Part shown: in pieces, positions 34,864 to 43,818 of the stretch
Position numbering within the stretch: position 1 is the first letter of the stretch
Layout of the letters: each line of letters opens with the position of its first letter
Origin: Candidatus Nealsonbacteria bacterium
GTDB lineage: Bacteria > Patescibacteriota > Minisyncoccia > Minisyncoccales > PWPS01
Length of the DNA: 64,000 nucleotides
Direction of reading: 5' to 3'
NCBI GenBank assembly: GCA_003557645.1
Contig: PWNV01000011.1
Coordinates: 13,640 to 77,639 of the forward strand
Made by a program: the position numbers and the translations under genes
Notes under the pieces: generated by a model
Databases searched by the model: none
Seen by the model: the letters and a program-made list of their open reading frames with translations, nothing else
Told to the model about the DNA's origin: nothing

Positions 34864-36072
34864 ATGAAAGAAAAAATGATTGATATAGTCCCTCCTTTTG
34901 AAAAGAAGAAGGATAAGAAGGTTTATTATGAGCACAAAAAGGAAGGTGGGGCAAAGAAAGTATTCCTTCCGCTTGCTCTCCTTGGTTTAATTCTTGCTGG
35001 TTATTTTTATTATGCTTCTTACAGGACCGAGATTACTATTTCACCGATAATGGAAGAGTTTACACAAGAGCAAAAGGTTTTAGCACTTGCGACTGGAGCA
35101 ATTAATGAGGGAGAGGTAAGAGCAAGAATATTTAAAGAAAAAGTGAAAGGGGCACAAGAGTTTGACATAGAGGAGAGGAGATTAGTTGAAGAAAAAGCAG
35201 AAGGGGAGATTGAGGTTTGCCAGAATCACAGCGATGTTGGAGCATCGTATGTCGAAGGAACAAGATTTGTTTCTGAAAATGGGAAGCTTTTTATAGCAGA
35301 AGAAAGAGTGAATCTTCCTGGGAGAACTTATGAAGACGGGAAAGTTGTTGCTGGATGTGCTCAAATTGCAGTTGTTGCCGCAGAGCCGGGAGAAGAGTAT
35401 AACATTCCTTCGAATTCAAAATTTTCTCTTCCTGGATTGCACGGCACAGCTCACTATGGAAGGGTGGAAGGCAGGTCAATTACACTTAGAAAAGAAGGTT
35501 TCCGAGGAGAAGTTCCATATCTTGGAGAGGGAGAGAGGGCAAGAGTTGAAAAGGAAATGGCCGATGAGCTTTTTTCTCGGGGGATGGAGAAGATTGCAGC
35601 AGAGCATGGAGAAGATTATCTATTCAGAGGAGAAGATCAATACAGAATGGAGATAGCTGAACGGTTTTTCGAATCAAAAGACGACAACGAAGAAAAGGCG
35701 GTTCTAGAAATAGAAATAAGCGTAGAGGCAATTGCAATAAAAAAGAGCGATATGAATGATTATTTATCCGCTCTTTTGCCAGAAAATTATACCTGGGAAG
35801 ACAAAGAAACAAATTATTCTTTCTCGAGGATAGATTTTGAAGATGGGAGAGCGGAGTTTGATTTGACTTTTTCAGCCTCTATTTATGAGAAAATAAATAA
35901 GGAGTTAATGAGAAAGGAGTTGCTTGGACTTTCTTTTGAAGAAGCAAAGAGGAAGTTGGAGGAGGACATTGAAGCAGAGTGGATTAGTTTTCGTACCTTG
36001 CCCTTTGGAGCACAAAGGGTTTCAAGGAACATTGAAAGAGTGGGCATAGTTTTAGAATTTGACAAAATATGA
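34864..36072 (+). CDS. hypothetical membrane-anchored protein
   Basis: 402 aa. One TM (FLPLALLGLILAGYFYYA) after a K-rich N-terminus, then a large domain I cannot assign. Confidence 0.55.
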   Translation: MKEKMIDIVPPFEKKKDKKVYYEHKKEGGAKKVFLPLALLGLILAGYFYYASYRTEITISPIMEEFTQEQKVLALATGAINEGEVRARIFKEKVKGAQEFDIEERRLVEEKAEGEIEVCQNHSDVGASYVEGTRFVSENGKLFIAEERVNLPGRTYEDGKVVAGCAQIAVVAAEPGEEYNIPSNSKFSLPGLHGTAHYGRVEGRSITLRKEGFRGEVPYLGEGERARVEKEMADELFSRGMEKIAAEHGEDYLFRGEDQYRMEIAERFFESKDDNEEKAVLEIEISVEAIAIKKSDMNDYLSALLPENYTWEDKETNYSFSRIDFEDGRAEFDLTFSASIYEKINKELMRKELLGLSFEEAKRKLEEDIEAEWISFRTLPFGAQRVSRNIERVGIVLEFDKI

Positions 36073-36099
36073 AAAATTTGTTACCGTTACTAATCGTAA

Positions 36100-36309
36100 A
36101 TGAGCTCTAAAGAGAAAAAAAGAGGAATTGTATTAGAAGCACTGCCCAGCGCACACTTTCGGGTGAAGCTTGATAGTGGTGAAGAAATTATTGCTCATCT
36201 TGCTGGTAAATTGCGACTTCATCGAATAAAGGTTCTTCTTGGAGACAAAGTCACAGTTGAAACTAGTGAGTACGATAAAACAAAAGGAAGAATTGTTTAT
36301 AGAGGATAA
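36100..36309 (+). CDS. infA: translation initiation factor IF-1
   Basis: 69 aa S1-like fold sequence ([29 protein letters not shown]). Confidence 0.93.
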   Translation: MSSKEKKRGIVLEALPSAHFRVKLDSGEEIIAHLAGKLRLHRIKVLLGDKVTVETSEYDKTKGRIVYRG

Positions 36310-36311
36310 AT

Positions 36312-36425
36312 ATGAAAGTACAGTCATCAGTAAAAAAAATTTGTCGAGATTGTAAAGTTATTCGACGCAAAAGTCGCGTTTATGTTATTTGCAAGAATAA
36401 AAAACATAAACAAAGACAAGGATAA
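36312..36425 (+). CDS. rpmJ: 50S ribosomal protein L36
   Basis: 37-aa ORF not in the track: [37 protein letters not shown]. Confidence 0.92.
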   Translation: MKVQSSVKKICRDCKVIRRKSRVYVICKNKKHKQRQG

Positions 36426-36427
36426 TT

Positions 36428-36817
36428 ATGCCAAGAATTTCAGGAGTTAGTATACCGGAAAAAAAGCAAGTGGTAATTTCCCTTACCTATATTTTTGGTA
36501 TTGGTCCCTCTATTAGTAGGCGCGTATTGCAAGAAGCTAAAATTAGTCAAACAAAAAAGACATCTGAACTTACCGATGAAGAGACTAACAGGCTTCGAGA
36601 AATTATCGAGAAAAAATATAAGGTGGAAGGAGAGCTTCGTCGAGAAAGAAGGGAGGCGGTTGATAGATTAAAGAGGATTGATTGTTATCGTGGTGTACGT
36701 CATAAAAGAGGTTTGCCAGTTCGTGGACAGAATACGCGTACTAACAGTCGTACAGTTCGAGGAAACGTCAGAAAGGTTGCTGGATCTGGAAGAAAGGCAC
36801 CTCCTTCAGCCAAATAA
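36428..36817 (+). CDS. rpsM: 30S ribosomal protein S13
   Basis: 129 aa. MPRISGVSIPEKK...GLPVRGQNTRTNSRT. Confidence 0.95.
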   Translation: MPRISGVSIPEKKQVVISLTYIFGIGPSISRRVLQEAKISQTKKTSELTDEETNRLREIIEKKYKVEGELRRERREAVDRLKRIDCYRGVRHKRGLPVRGQNTRTNSRTVRGNVRKVAGSGRKAPPSAK

Positions 36818-36828
36818 AAAAGATATAT

Positions 36829-37275
36829 ATGGGTAAAAAAAGAGTTGTAACACAATCAGAAGAAGAGCTTTTACAGGAAAGAACGAAGCTTGAGGAAGCA
36901 AAAAGAAAGACAAAAGCACAAAAACGAGGCATCTCCAAAGGAAGGATGTATATTTCTGCAACCTATAACAATACAATTATAACCCTTACTGATAAAGATG
37001 GGAAAGTTTTAACTTGGGCTAGTGCTGGTAATCTGGGATTTAAAGGGACAAAAAAAGCAACCCCTTATGCTGCTTCTGAAGTTGCAAATGTAATTTCTGA
37101 AAAGGCGGAAAAAATGGGAATGAGTGAGGTAGATATTTTTGTGAAGGGGGTAGGAAGTGGAAGATCATCTGCACTTCGTGCTTTGGCCGCTAAAAATATT
37201 ATTATTAACTTGATAAAGGATGTTACACCTATTCCACATAATGGTTGTCGTCCTAGAAGAGCAAGAAGAGTATGA
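36829..37275 (+). CDS. rpsK: 30S ribosomal protein S11
   Basis: 148 aa. ATYNNTIITLTD...PHNGCRPRRARR. Confidence 0.95.
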   Translation: MGKKRVVTQSEEELLQERTKLEEAKRKTKAQKRGISKGRMYISATYNNTIITLTDKDGKVLTWASAGNLGFKGTKKATPYAASEVANVISEKAEKMGMSEVDIFVKGVGSGRSSALRALAAKNIIINLIKDVTPIPHNGCRPRRARRV

Positions 37276-37898
37276 CTAAGATTAATGATTGTAAAAAATG
37301 TCGTCGGGTTGGGGCTAAGCTTTTTCTTAAGGGAGAAAGGTGCAGTTCACAAAACTGTGCAATGGTAAAAAAGCCTTACGCTCCTGGACAAAAACCAAAA
37401 AGGAGAAAAAGACCTCTCTCTGAATTTGGAAAGGAGATGATAGAGAAGCAAAAACTTCGATATTGGTATGACTTAAGAGAGAAACAGTTTGCGAAATATG
37501 CAAAAGATGTTATTGGAAGACAGAAAACAGCAGAAGCTGCAGGAGATCAGTTGTTGCGAAAGCTAGAAGCTCGTTTAGACAATACGGTGTATCGAGCGGG
37601 ATTTGCGATTTCACGAGGTACTGCAAAACAAATGGTTGTGCATGGATTTTTTCATGTTAATGGAAAGCCAGTAGATAAACCATCTTATGCGATAAAAGTT
37701 GGAGATACAATCACTGTACGACCGGGAAAGAAAAAAGTGTTTGTTGATTTTACCGAAAGAATGAAAAATTATAATCTTCCTGCTTGGATATCTCTTGACA
37801 GCAAAAACCTGGAAGCAAAGGTGATCGGTGAGGTTGTGATCGAAGAGATCGCACCACCTGTAGAAATTTCTTCTATATTTGAATTTTATTCAAGATAA
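37272..37898 (+). CDS. rpsD: 30S ribosomal protein S4
   Basis: 208 aa. N-terminal Cys cluster CKKCRR...CSSQNC and an S4 RNA-binding domain. Confidence 0.94.
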   Translation: MTKINDCKKCRRVGAKLFLKGERCSSQNCAMVKKPYAPGQKPKRRKRPLSEFGKEMIEKQKLRYWYDLREKQFAKYAKDVIGRQKTAEAAGDQLLRKLEARLDNTVYRAGFAISRGTAKQMVVHGFFHVNGKPVDKPSYAIKVGDTITVRPGKKKVFVDFTERMKNYNLPAWISLDSKNLEAKVIGEVVIEEIAPPVEISSIFEFYSR

Positions 37899-37915
37899 GT
37901 AATTAAAACTAAAAG

Positions 37916-38854
37916 ATGATTCCATTACCATCCAAACCTAAAATTGTGGAAAAAAAGAAAGAGAATACAGCTCTTTTTGAGATAGATTCTTTATATCCAG
38001 GCTATGGAGCAACTGTTGGAAATAGCTTGCGAAGGGTTCTTCTTTCTTCTCTCGGAGGAGTAGCGATTACGAAGATGAAGATTGAAGGGATAAATCACGA
38101 ATTCTCTACGATTCCTGGAGTAATGGAAGATGTTGTGACTATAATGATGAATCTAAAAGAGATGCGTTTTATTATGCACTCTGATGGACCAGAAGAAATA
38201 AGTTTATCCGTAAAGGGTGAAAAGAAAGTAAAAGGATCTGATTTAAAATTACCAACACAAGTAGAGTTAATTTCTCCAGACACTCACATTGCAACATTAA
38301 CAAACAAAAAGGCATCGCTTGAGATGAGCCTTGAGATTGAAAGGGGGACAGGATATTCCTCTGCAGAAGATCGAAAGGAAGAAAAGCTTGATGTAGGAAA
38401 AGCTCTTCTTGACGCAATTTTTACCCCGATAAGACGAGTTAATTTTTATGTAGAAAATATGAGAGTTGGAGAGAGAACCGACTTTGATCGTCTCTTTATT
38501 GAGATTGAGACCGATGGAACGATGTCTCCTGAAAACGCTCTTTTTGAGGCTTCCGATATTTTGGTTAAGCATTTTGAAATAATTTCTCCACCAGAAGAGG
38601 AAAATAAAAAAGCTCCGAAAAAGGAAAAGAAAGTTGCTAAGAAGGAGGAAGACAAGGAAGAAGATTTATCAATAGAAGAATTAAAAATTTCTGCTCGTAA
38701 CGCAAACATTCTAAAAGAAAATAAAATTACAAGCGTCAAAGATCTCTTGGAGAGAAGTGAAGATGATTTAAGTGATTTAAAGGGAATGGGAGAAAAAGGA
38801 GTAGAAGAGATAAAGAAAGCGTTGAAAAAGAAAAAATATAAGTTGTCGGAGTAA
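37916..38854 (+). CDS. rpoA: DNA-directed RNA polymerase alpha subunit
   Basis: 312 aa. NTD GYGATVGNSLRRVLLSS, a K/E-rich linker, and a CTD helix-hairpin-helix region. Confidence 0.94.
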   Translation: MIPLPSKPKIVEKKKENTALFEIDSLYPGYGATVGNSLRRVLLSSLGGVAITKMKIEGINHEFSTIPGVMEDVVTIMMNLKEMRFIMHSDGPEEISLSVKGEKKVKGSDLKLPTQVELISPDTHIATLTNKKASLEMSLEIERGTGYSSAEDRKEEKLDVGKALLDAIFTPIRRVNFYVENMRVGERTDFDRLFIEIETDGTMSPENALFEASDILVKHFEIISPPEEENKKAPKKEKKVAKKEEDKEEDLSIEELKISARNANILKENKITSVKDLLERSEDDLSDLKGMGEKGVEEIKKALKKKKYKLSE

Positions 38855-38857
38855 ATT

Positions 38858-39205
38858 ATGCCGAGAATAAAAAACAAAAGAAGATTTGGAAGAAAGAGAG
38901 ATCAACGAAAAGCGCTCTTTAATTCACTTGTGCGCGCTCTTGTGTTGAAGGAAAAGATAAAGACAACGGAAACAAAGGCCAAGGAGTTACAGTCTTTGGT
39001 TGAGAAGATGGTGACTAAAGCAAAAGAAGACAACATTCATGTGCGAAGACTTTTAGAGAAAAGACTTTCTCCTGAGATATCTTATAAATTAGTTAAAGAG
39101 ATTGGAGTACGTTACAAGGATCGTCCGGGAGGATATACGCGTATTTTAAAGCTAGGACCAAGAGAGCAGGATGGGGCAAGAATGGCTATTATTGAATTTG
39201 TATAA
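38858..39205 (+). CDS. rplQ: 50S ribosomal protein L17
   Basis: 115 aa. GRKRDQRKALFNSL...GGYTRILKLG. Confidence 0.94.
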   Translation: MPRIKNKRRFGRKRDQRKALFNSLVRALVLKEKIKTTETKAKELQSLVEKMVTKAKEDNIHVRRLLEKRLSPEISYKLVKEIGVRYKDRPGGYTRILKLGPREQDGARMAIIEFV

Positions 39206-39209
39206 TCTT

Positions 39210-39557
39210 ATGAATAGAGAAACGCATACAATAGACGTATCAAAAAGATCACTTGGAAGGGTTGCTACGGAGATAACAACGCTTCTTATGGGCAAACAAA
39301 GAGCAGATTACAGACCCCATGATGATAAGGGAGATTTTGTTGTTGTAAAAAATATAAGCAATTTAGTACTTACCGGTGACAAGAAAAAAAAGAAAATCTA
39401 TTATCGGCACAGTGGATATCCTGGTGGATTAAAAGAAATCCCATACGAAAAATTTGCCAAAAGAAGTCAAGCCATTGCCTTGAAGAAGGCTGTTTATGGA
39501 ATGCTTCCAAAAAACAAGTTGCGAAAAGCGAGAATTAAAAGATTAAAAGTAGAATGA
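39210..39557 (+). CDS. rplM: 50S ribosomal protein L13
   Basis: MNRETHTIDVSKRSLGRVATEI...YYRHSGYPGGLK. ATG at 39210 preferred to the track start 39171. Confidence 0.93.
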   Translation: MNRETHTIDVSKRSLGRVATEITTLLMGKQRADYRPHDDKGDFVVVKNISNLVLTGDKKKKKIYYRHSGYPGGLKEIPYEKFAKRSQAIALKKAVYGMLPKNKLRKARIKRLKVE

Positions 39558-39964
39558 ATATGGCTAAAGGGAAAGAAAAATATTATCAAGCAGTAGGAAG
39601 AAGAAAAACCTCCACATGTGTGGTTCGTATTTATGAAAAAAAGAACGGAGGGTTTTCGGTGAACGATAAAGAGCTTAATGAATATTTTCCGACTTTTGAT
39701 CTTCAAGAAACGGTAATAGAGCCACTTTCTTTCTTAGATTATAAGGATAAATTTTTTGTATCGGTAAAAGTGCGTGGTGGTGGTGTGAGGTCTCAAGCCG
39801 AGGCGGTTCGCCATGGAATTACTCGTGCCCTTATAACTTTTGATGACAGTCTTCGTAAGCGCTTAAAACCTACAGGATTTCTTACTCGGGATCCGCGCAT
39901 GAAAGAAAGGAAGAAGCCTGGACTTAAAAGGGCGAGAAGAGCACCACAATGGAGAAAGAGGTAA
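39554..39964 (+). CDS. rpsI: 30S ribosomal protein S9
   Basis: 136 aa. GRRKTSTCVVRI...GGGVRSQAEAVRHGI...RAPQWRKR. ATGA overlap with rplM. Confidence 0.94.
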   Translation: MNMAKGKEKYYQAVGRRKTSTCVVRIYEKKNGGFSVNDKELNEYFPTFDLQETVIEPLSFLDYKDKFFVSVKVRGGGVRSQAEAVRHGITRALITFDDSLRKRLKPTGFLTRDPRMKERKKPGLKRARRAPQWRKR

Positions 39965-39989
39965 AACTTACATGCTACAGGCTTAGAAT

Positions 39990-40015
39990 TCCGCGCTTTC
40001 CCCGCGGATTTTTTA
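39990..40015 (+). terminator. intrinsic terminator ending the ribosomal supercluster
   Basis: Stem TCCGCG/CGCGGA, loop CTTTCCC, followed by TTTTTTAATTT. Confidence 0.55.
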
Positions 40016-40017
40016 AT

Positions 40018-40046
40018 TTGATATTTCACGGTTTTTGTATTACAAT
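40018..40046 (+). promoter_or_regulatory. candidate promoter of murA
   Basis: TTGATA (40018-40023), 17-nt spacer, TACAAT (40041-40046). Confidence 0.45.
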
Positions 40047-40070
40047 TAATAGGTATTACTAAATTATATT

Positions 40071-41366
40071 ATGGCAGAAAAATTAATTATTACTGGGAAA
40101 AGTAATCTAAGTGGTACTATTGATGTACGTGGTTCAAAGAACGCTGCTACACCTCTTGTGGCGGCTTGCTTGCTAACTCCTGAAGCCTGTGTTCTTGATA
40201 ATATTCCTCTCGTAGAAGATGTTAAGATGATGTTAGAGATTTTAAAAAGAATGGGCGCAGAGATAGATTTTTTGGACAAGAGAAAAGTGAGAATTAAAGC
40301 GAAGGATATTGATCCTGGGAAACTGGACCTTGACCTAGTAAACAAGATGAGATCTTCTATTTTGCTTGTTGGGCCCTTAGTTGCTCGTTTTGGGTCGGTA
40401 CGAATTAATCATCCAGGAGGGTGCATTATAGGATCTCGGCCGGTTGACACACATCTTGATGCTTTTCGGGAAATAGGTGTAAAGATAGAAGAGGTTAGCT
40501 TAAAAGAGAACGGGTCTTTACGCTCGAGAATGTATCACTTTAGTACAGAAAAAAAAATAAAAGGAAAAGAAGTTATTCTTAATGAATTTTCTCCGACTGC
40601 AACTGAAAATATACTTATGGTAGCGGCTCTTGCCAAGGGAGATACTATCATAAAAACAGCAGCTAGTGAGCCACACGTTCAGGATCTTGCGGCGTTCCTA
40701 AGAAAGATGGGAGCAAAAATAGAGGGGGAGGGCAGTAGTGTAATAAAAATTAGGGGTGCAGAAAAATTACAGGGAGCAGATCACTCGGTTACTTATGACT
40801 ATGTAGAGGCTGGAACATTTGCTCTTCTGGCTCTTGCTGCTCAAGGAAAGGTACGAATAGAAAATTTTCCTGTAGATCAACTTACACTTCTTCTTAGTAG
40901 ATTAAAAAGTTTTGGAGGAAAATTAAAGATAGAGAAAAATGCTGTTTTCGTAAATTCTGGGAGAGGTCTAAAAATCAACAAAGTGCAGGTTATGCCTTAT
41001 CCTGGAATCCCGCCTGACCTGCAGTCTCCGTTGGGTGTTCTTTCTACTCAAGCAAAGGGACTCACCCTTATTCATGACCCACTGTACGAAGGAAGATTAA
41101 AATACTTAGAAGAATTAAATAAAATGGGCGCAGAAATTGTGGTGTGTGACCCACATCGAGCTATAATAAACGGACCCACTAAATTACAAGGGACAACTCT
41201 TGATCCATTGGATCTTCGCTCTGGAGCTGCTCTTATCATTGCTGGCGTCATTGCAGAGGGGGTGACCGTTATTAAAGATATTAGCCAGGCCGATAGAGGA
41301 TACGAGGAGATAGATAAAAGGCTCCGAAAAATCGGTGTGCAAGTAAAAAGAATGAAAAATAATTAG
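40071..41366 (+). CDS. murA: UDP-N-acetylglucosamine 1-carboxyvinyltransferase
   Basis: 431 aa. Catalytic-Cys loop HPGGCIIGSRPVDTHL. Confidence 0.93.
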   Translation: MAEKLIITGKSNLSGTIDVRGSKNAATPLVAACLLTPEACVLDNIPLVEDVKMMLEILKRMGAEIDFLDKRKVRIKAKDIDPGKLDLDLVNKMRSSILLVGPLVARFGSVRINHPGGCIIGSRPVDTHLDAFREIGVKIEEVSLKENGSLRSRMYHFSTEKKIKGKEVILNEFSPTATENILMVAALAKGDTIIKTAASEPHVQDLAAFLRKMGAKIEGEGSSVIKIRGAEKLQGADHSVTYDYVEAGTFALLALAAQGKVRIENFPVDQLTLLLSRLKSFGGKLKIEKNAVFVNSGRGLKINKVQVMPYPGIPPDLQSPLGVLSTQAKGLTLIHDPLYEGRLKYLEELNKMGAEIVVCDPHRAIINGPTKLQGTTLDPLDLRSGAALIIAGVIAEGVTVIKDISQADRGYEEIDKRLRKIGVQVKRMKNN

Positions 41367-41372
41367 TAAAAC

Positions 41373-42374
41373 ATGTTTAATAGAAAAATTGGAATAGACC
41401 TTGGGACCTGTAATTCTTTAGTTTTTGTTCCGGGCAAAGAGATAGTTTTAAACGAGCCTTCGGTGGTGGCGGTGAGCGTTTATGAGAATAAAATTCTTGC
41501 AGTTGGAAAGGATGCCAAAGAGATGACGGGGAGAACTCCGGATGAAATTCGAGTTTATCGTCCTCTCCGCGATGGAGTTATTGCTGAGTATCGTATAACA
41601 GAAGCAATGCTTCGCTACTTCATTCAGAAATCACCTGGGCTACGCTTCATTAAGCCAGAGCTTATGATTGGGGTTCCAGTAGGAATTACTTCTACTGAGA
41701 AAAGAGCTGTTATTGAGGCAGGAATGTCTGCGGGAGCAAGAGCGGTCTACACGGTGAAAGAACCTATTTTAGCAGCGATTGGTGCAGGGATTCCCATCTC
41801 TTCTTGTTCTGGCCATATGATTGTTGACATTGGTGGCGGAACAACAGAGATAGCAGTAATTTCTTTAGGGGGTATCGTAGTCGCTCGCTCCTTGAGAGTT
41901 GCGGGAGACAAAATCGATGTTGCTATCTCTAATTATGTTAAAAGCAAGCACAATATAGCTTTGGGTGAAAAAAGTGTCGAAGACATTAAAATGAATATCG
42001 GGACAGCGATGAAAGAGAAAGAAGAGAAAGTAATGGAGGTAAAAGGCCGTGATCTTGTCTCTGGATTGCCACGTATTATTAAAATCTCCTCAAACGAAGT
42101 TGCTGGAGCGTCTGAAGAGACTTTGGAAGAAATTGTAAAAGTAGTAAAGCAAGTTCTCCGAGATACTCCTCCTGAACTTTCAGCCGACATCATGGACAAG
42201 GGGATGGTTGTCACTGGAGGGGGAGCTCTTCTTTCTAACATAGATGTCCTTATTACAGAGAAAACAGGAGTACCTTCGTTTTTTGCAGAAGATGCTCTTT
42301 TATCAGCGGCGAAAGGAGCTGGAATAATTTTAGACAATTTAGACAGTTATAAGAGAAGCATTATGAGTAAGTAG
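41373..42374 (+). CDS. mreB: MreB-family actin-like protein (paralog 1)
   Basis: 333 aa. GIDLGTCNS and DIGGGTTEIAVISLGG. Confidence 0.9.
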   Translation: MFNRKIGIDLGTCNSLVFVPGKEIVLNEPSVVAVSVYENKILAVGKDAKEMTGRTPDEIRVYRPLRDGVIAEYRITEAMLRYFIQKSPGLRFIKPELMIGVPVGITSTEKRAVIEAGMSAGARAVYTVKEPILAAIGAGIPISSCSGHMIVDIGGGTTEIAVISLGGIVVARSLRVAGDKIDVAISNYVKSKHNIALGEKSVEDIKMNIGTAMKEKEEKVMEVKGRDLVSGLPRIIKISSNEVAGASEETLEEIVKVVKQVLRDTPPELSADIMDKGMVVTGGGALLSNIDVLITEKTGVPSFFAEDALLSAAKGAGIILDNLDSYKRSIMSK

Positions 42375-42379
42375 TTTTT

Positions 42380-43255
42380 ATGAAAATTATAGGTCATAAA
42401 AAACAACAAAAGGCTCTTTCCACTTTTTTTGAAAAAAAGAAGATACCTCACGCTTTTTTGTTTTCTGGCCCGAGAAAAGTAGGGAAAAAGACAGTTGCTT
42501 TATGGTTTTTAAGAATGATAAACTGTAATGAGAAGAATGCTCCTTGTGAAAAGTGTCGCAGTTGCTATGAGATAAAGGAAGGTATCCATCCGGATATTAT
42601 TAATGTTTACGCGGATGAAAAAGAGATACAGTTAAATCAGGTAGAGCAATTGATTGAAAAAGTTTCAATGAGGGGGTTTAAATCCTTTTATAAGGGGGTA
42701 TTAATAGATGATGCGCACCTTATGAACACACAATCTCAAAACGCTATTTTGAAAACCCTCGAAGAGCCATCGGAAAATACGGTCCTTATTCTTGTTACCG
42801 AGTATCCTAATATGCTGCTCTCAACTATTACTTCTCGCGTTTTACAAATGAAATTTTCATCTGTTTCCGAAAAAGAAATTATGGAGTTTACTGGAGACGC
42901 AACCAGCACCTCTCTCTCCTTAGGAAAACCGGGAAAGGCTCTTGATTACCTAAATTTTCCAGAAATAAGAGAGAAAGAAGAAAAAACAAGAGAGGAGATG
43001 AGTAGGCTTGCAAGGGAGGATTTGTCTTATCGGTTTGCAGTGGCAAAGAATCTCTCTAAAGAAAAGAATATGGAGGAGATCATCAGATCCTGGATTGCTT
43101 GCACAAGAGAGGAGATGAGAAAGAAGATGAAAAGGAAAGAAAAAACGGATTCACTTCGGAAAATTCTAAAAGAGATGGAAGAGATAGTTTTTTTGAGCTC
43201 AAAAACCAATATTAATAAACAACTAGCTTTAGAAAAAATAATGATAAAATTATGA
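42380..43255 (+). CDS. holB: DNA polymerase III delta-prime subunit
   Basis: 291 aa. AFLFSGPRKVGKKT, Cys module CEKCRSC, SRV motif TITSRV. Confidence 0.8.
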   Translation: MKIIGHKKQQKALSTFFEKKKIPHAFLFSGPRKVGKKTVALWFLRMINCNEKNAPCEKCRSCYEIKEGIHPDIINVYADEKEIQLNQVEQLIEKVSMRGFKSFYKGVLIDDAHLMNTQSQNAILKTLEEPSENTVLILVTEYPNMLLSTITSRVLQMKFSSVSEKEIMEFTGDATSTSLSLGKPGKALDYLNFPEIREKEEKTREEMSRLAREDLSYRFAVAKNLSKEKNMEEIIRSWIACTREEMRKKMKRKEKTDSLRKILKEMEEIVFLSSKTNINKQLALEKIMIKL

Positions 43256-43815
43256 TCGATTATCAAACAATTGTACAAAAAACAAAACCTGAAATGGATA
43301 ATGTAATCAATTATCTTACAGGAGAGTTAAAAAGAATAAGAGCTGACAGAGCTACACCGTCTTTAGTAGAAGATATCGTGGTGGATTGTTTTGACCAGAG
43401 ACTTCCTCTTAAGCAACTTGCTGCTATTTCTTGCCCAGAAAAACGTCAAATATTGATTCAGCCTTGGGACAAAAACTATTTAAAAGATATTGTTAACGCA
43501 CTTCACAAGTCAAATTCGGACTTAAGTCCGGTAACAGAAGAAAAATCTATTCGCATAACTCTACCTCCTCTAACGGAAGAATACAGAAAAAGTCTTTTGA
43601 AGCTTCTTTCACAAAAAAGAGAAGAAGTGAGAATTAGCTTAAAAAGAGTCAGAGAAGAAGCATGGAAAGAGATACAAGAAGGATTTAATAATGGTGAGAT
43701 AACAGAAGATGATAAATTCAAAGGAAAAGATGATTTGCAAAAGATTATTGATGAGTATAATAAAAAGGTTGATGAGTTAATAGAGAAAAGAGAAGAAGAA
43801 ATTACGAAAGGATAA
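43252..43815 (+). CDS. frr: ribosome recycling factor
   Basis: 187 aa. RADRATPSLVEDIVVD and a C-terminal helical bundle. Confidence 0.92.
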   Translation: MIDYQTIVQKTKPEMDNVINYLTGELKRIRADRATPSLVEDIVVDCFDQRLPLKQLAAISCPEKRQILIQPWDKNYLKDIVNALHKSNSDLSPVTEEKSIRITLPPLTEEYRKSLLKLLSQKREEVRISLKRVREEAWKEIQEGFNNGEITEDDKFKGKDDLQKIIDEYNKKVDELIEKREEEITKG

Positions 43816-43818
43816 AAC

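Noticed and set aside
41933-42337. 134-aa ORF antisense to mreB paralog 1. A matching 197-aa ORF at 45349-45942 is antisense to paralog 2.
   Set aside because: Both lie entirely inside well-supported MreB genes, have low-complexity S/P/I-rich translations and lack start signals. They are typical shadow ORFs produced by codon bias on the opposite strand.
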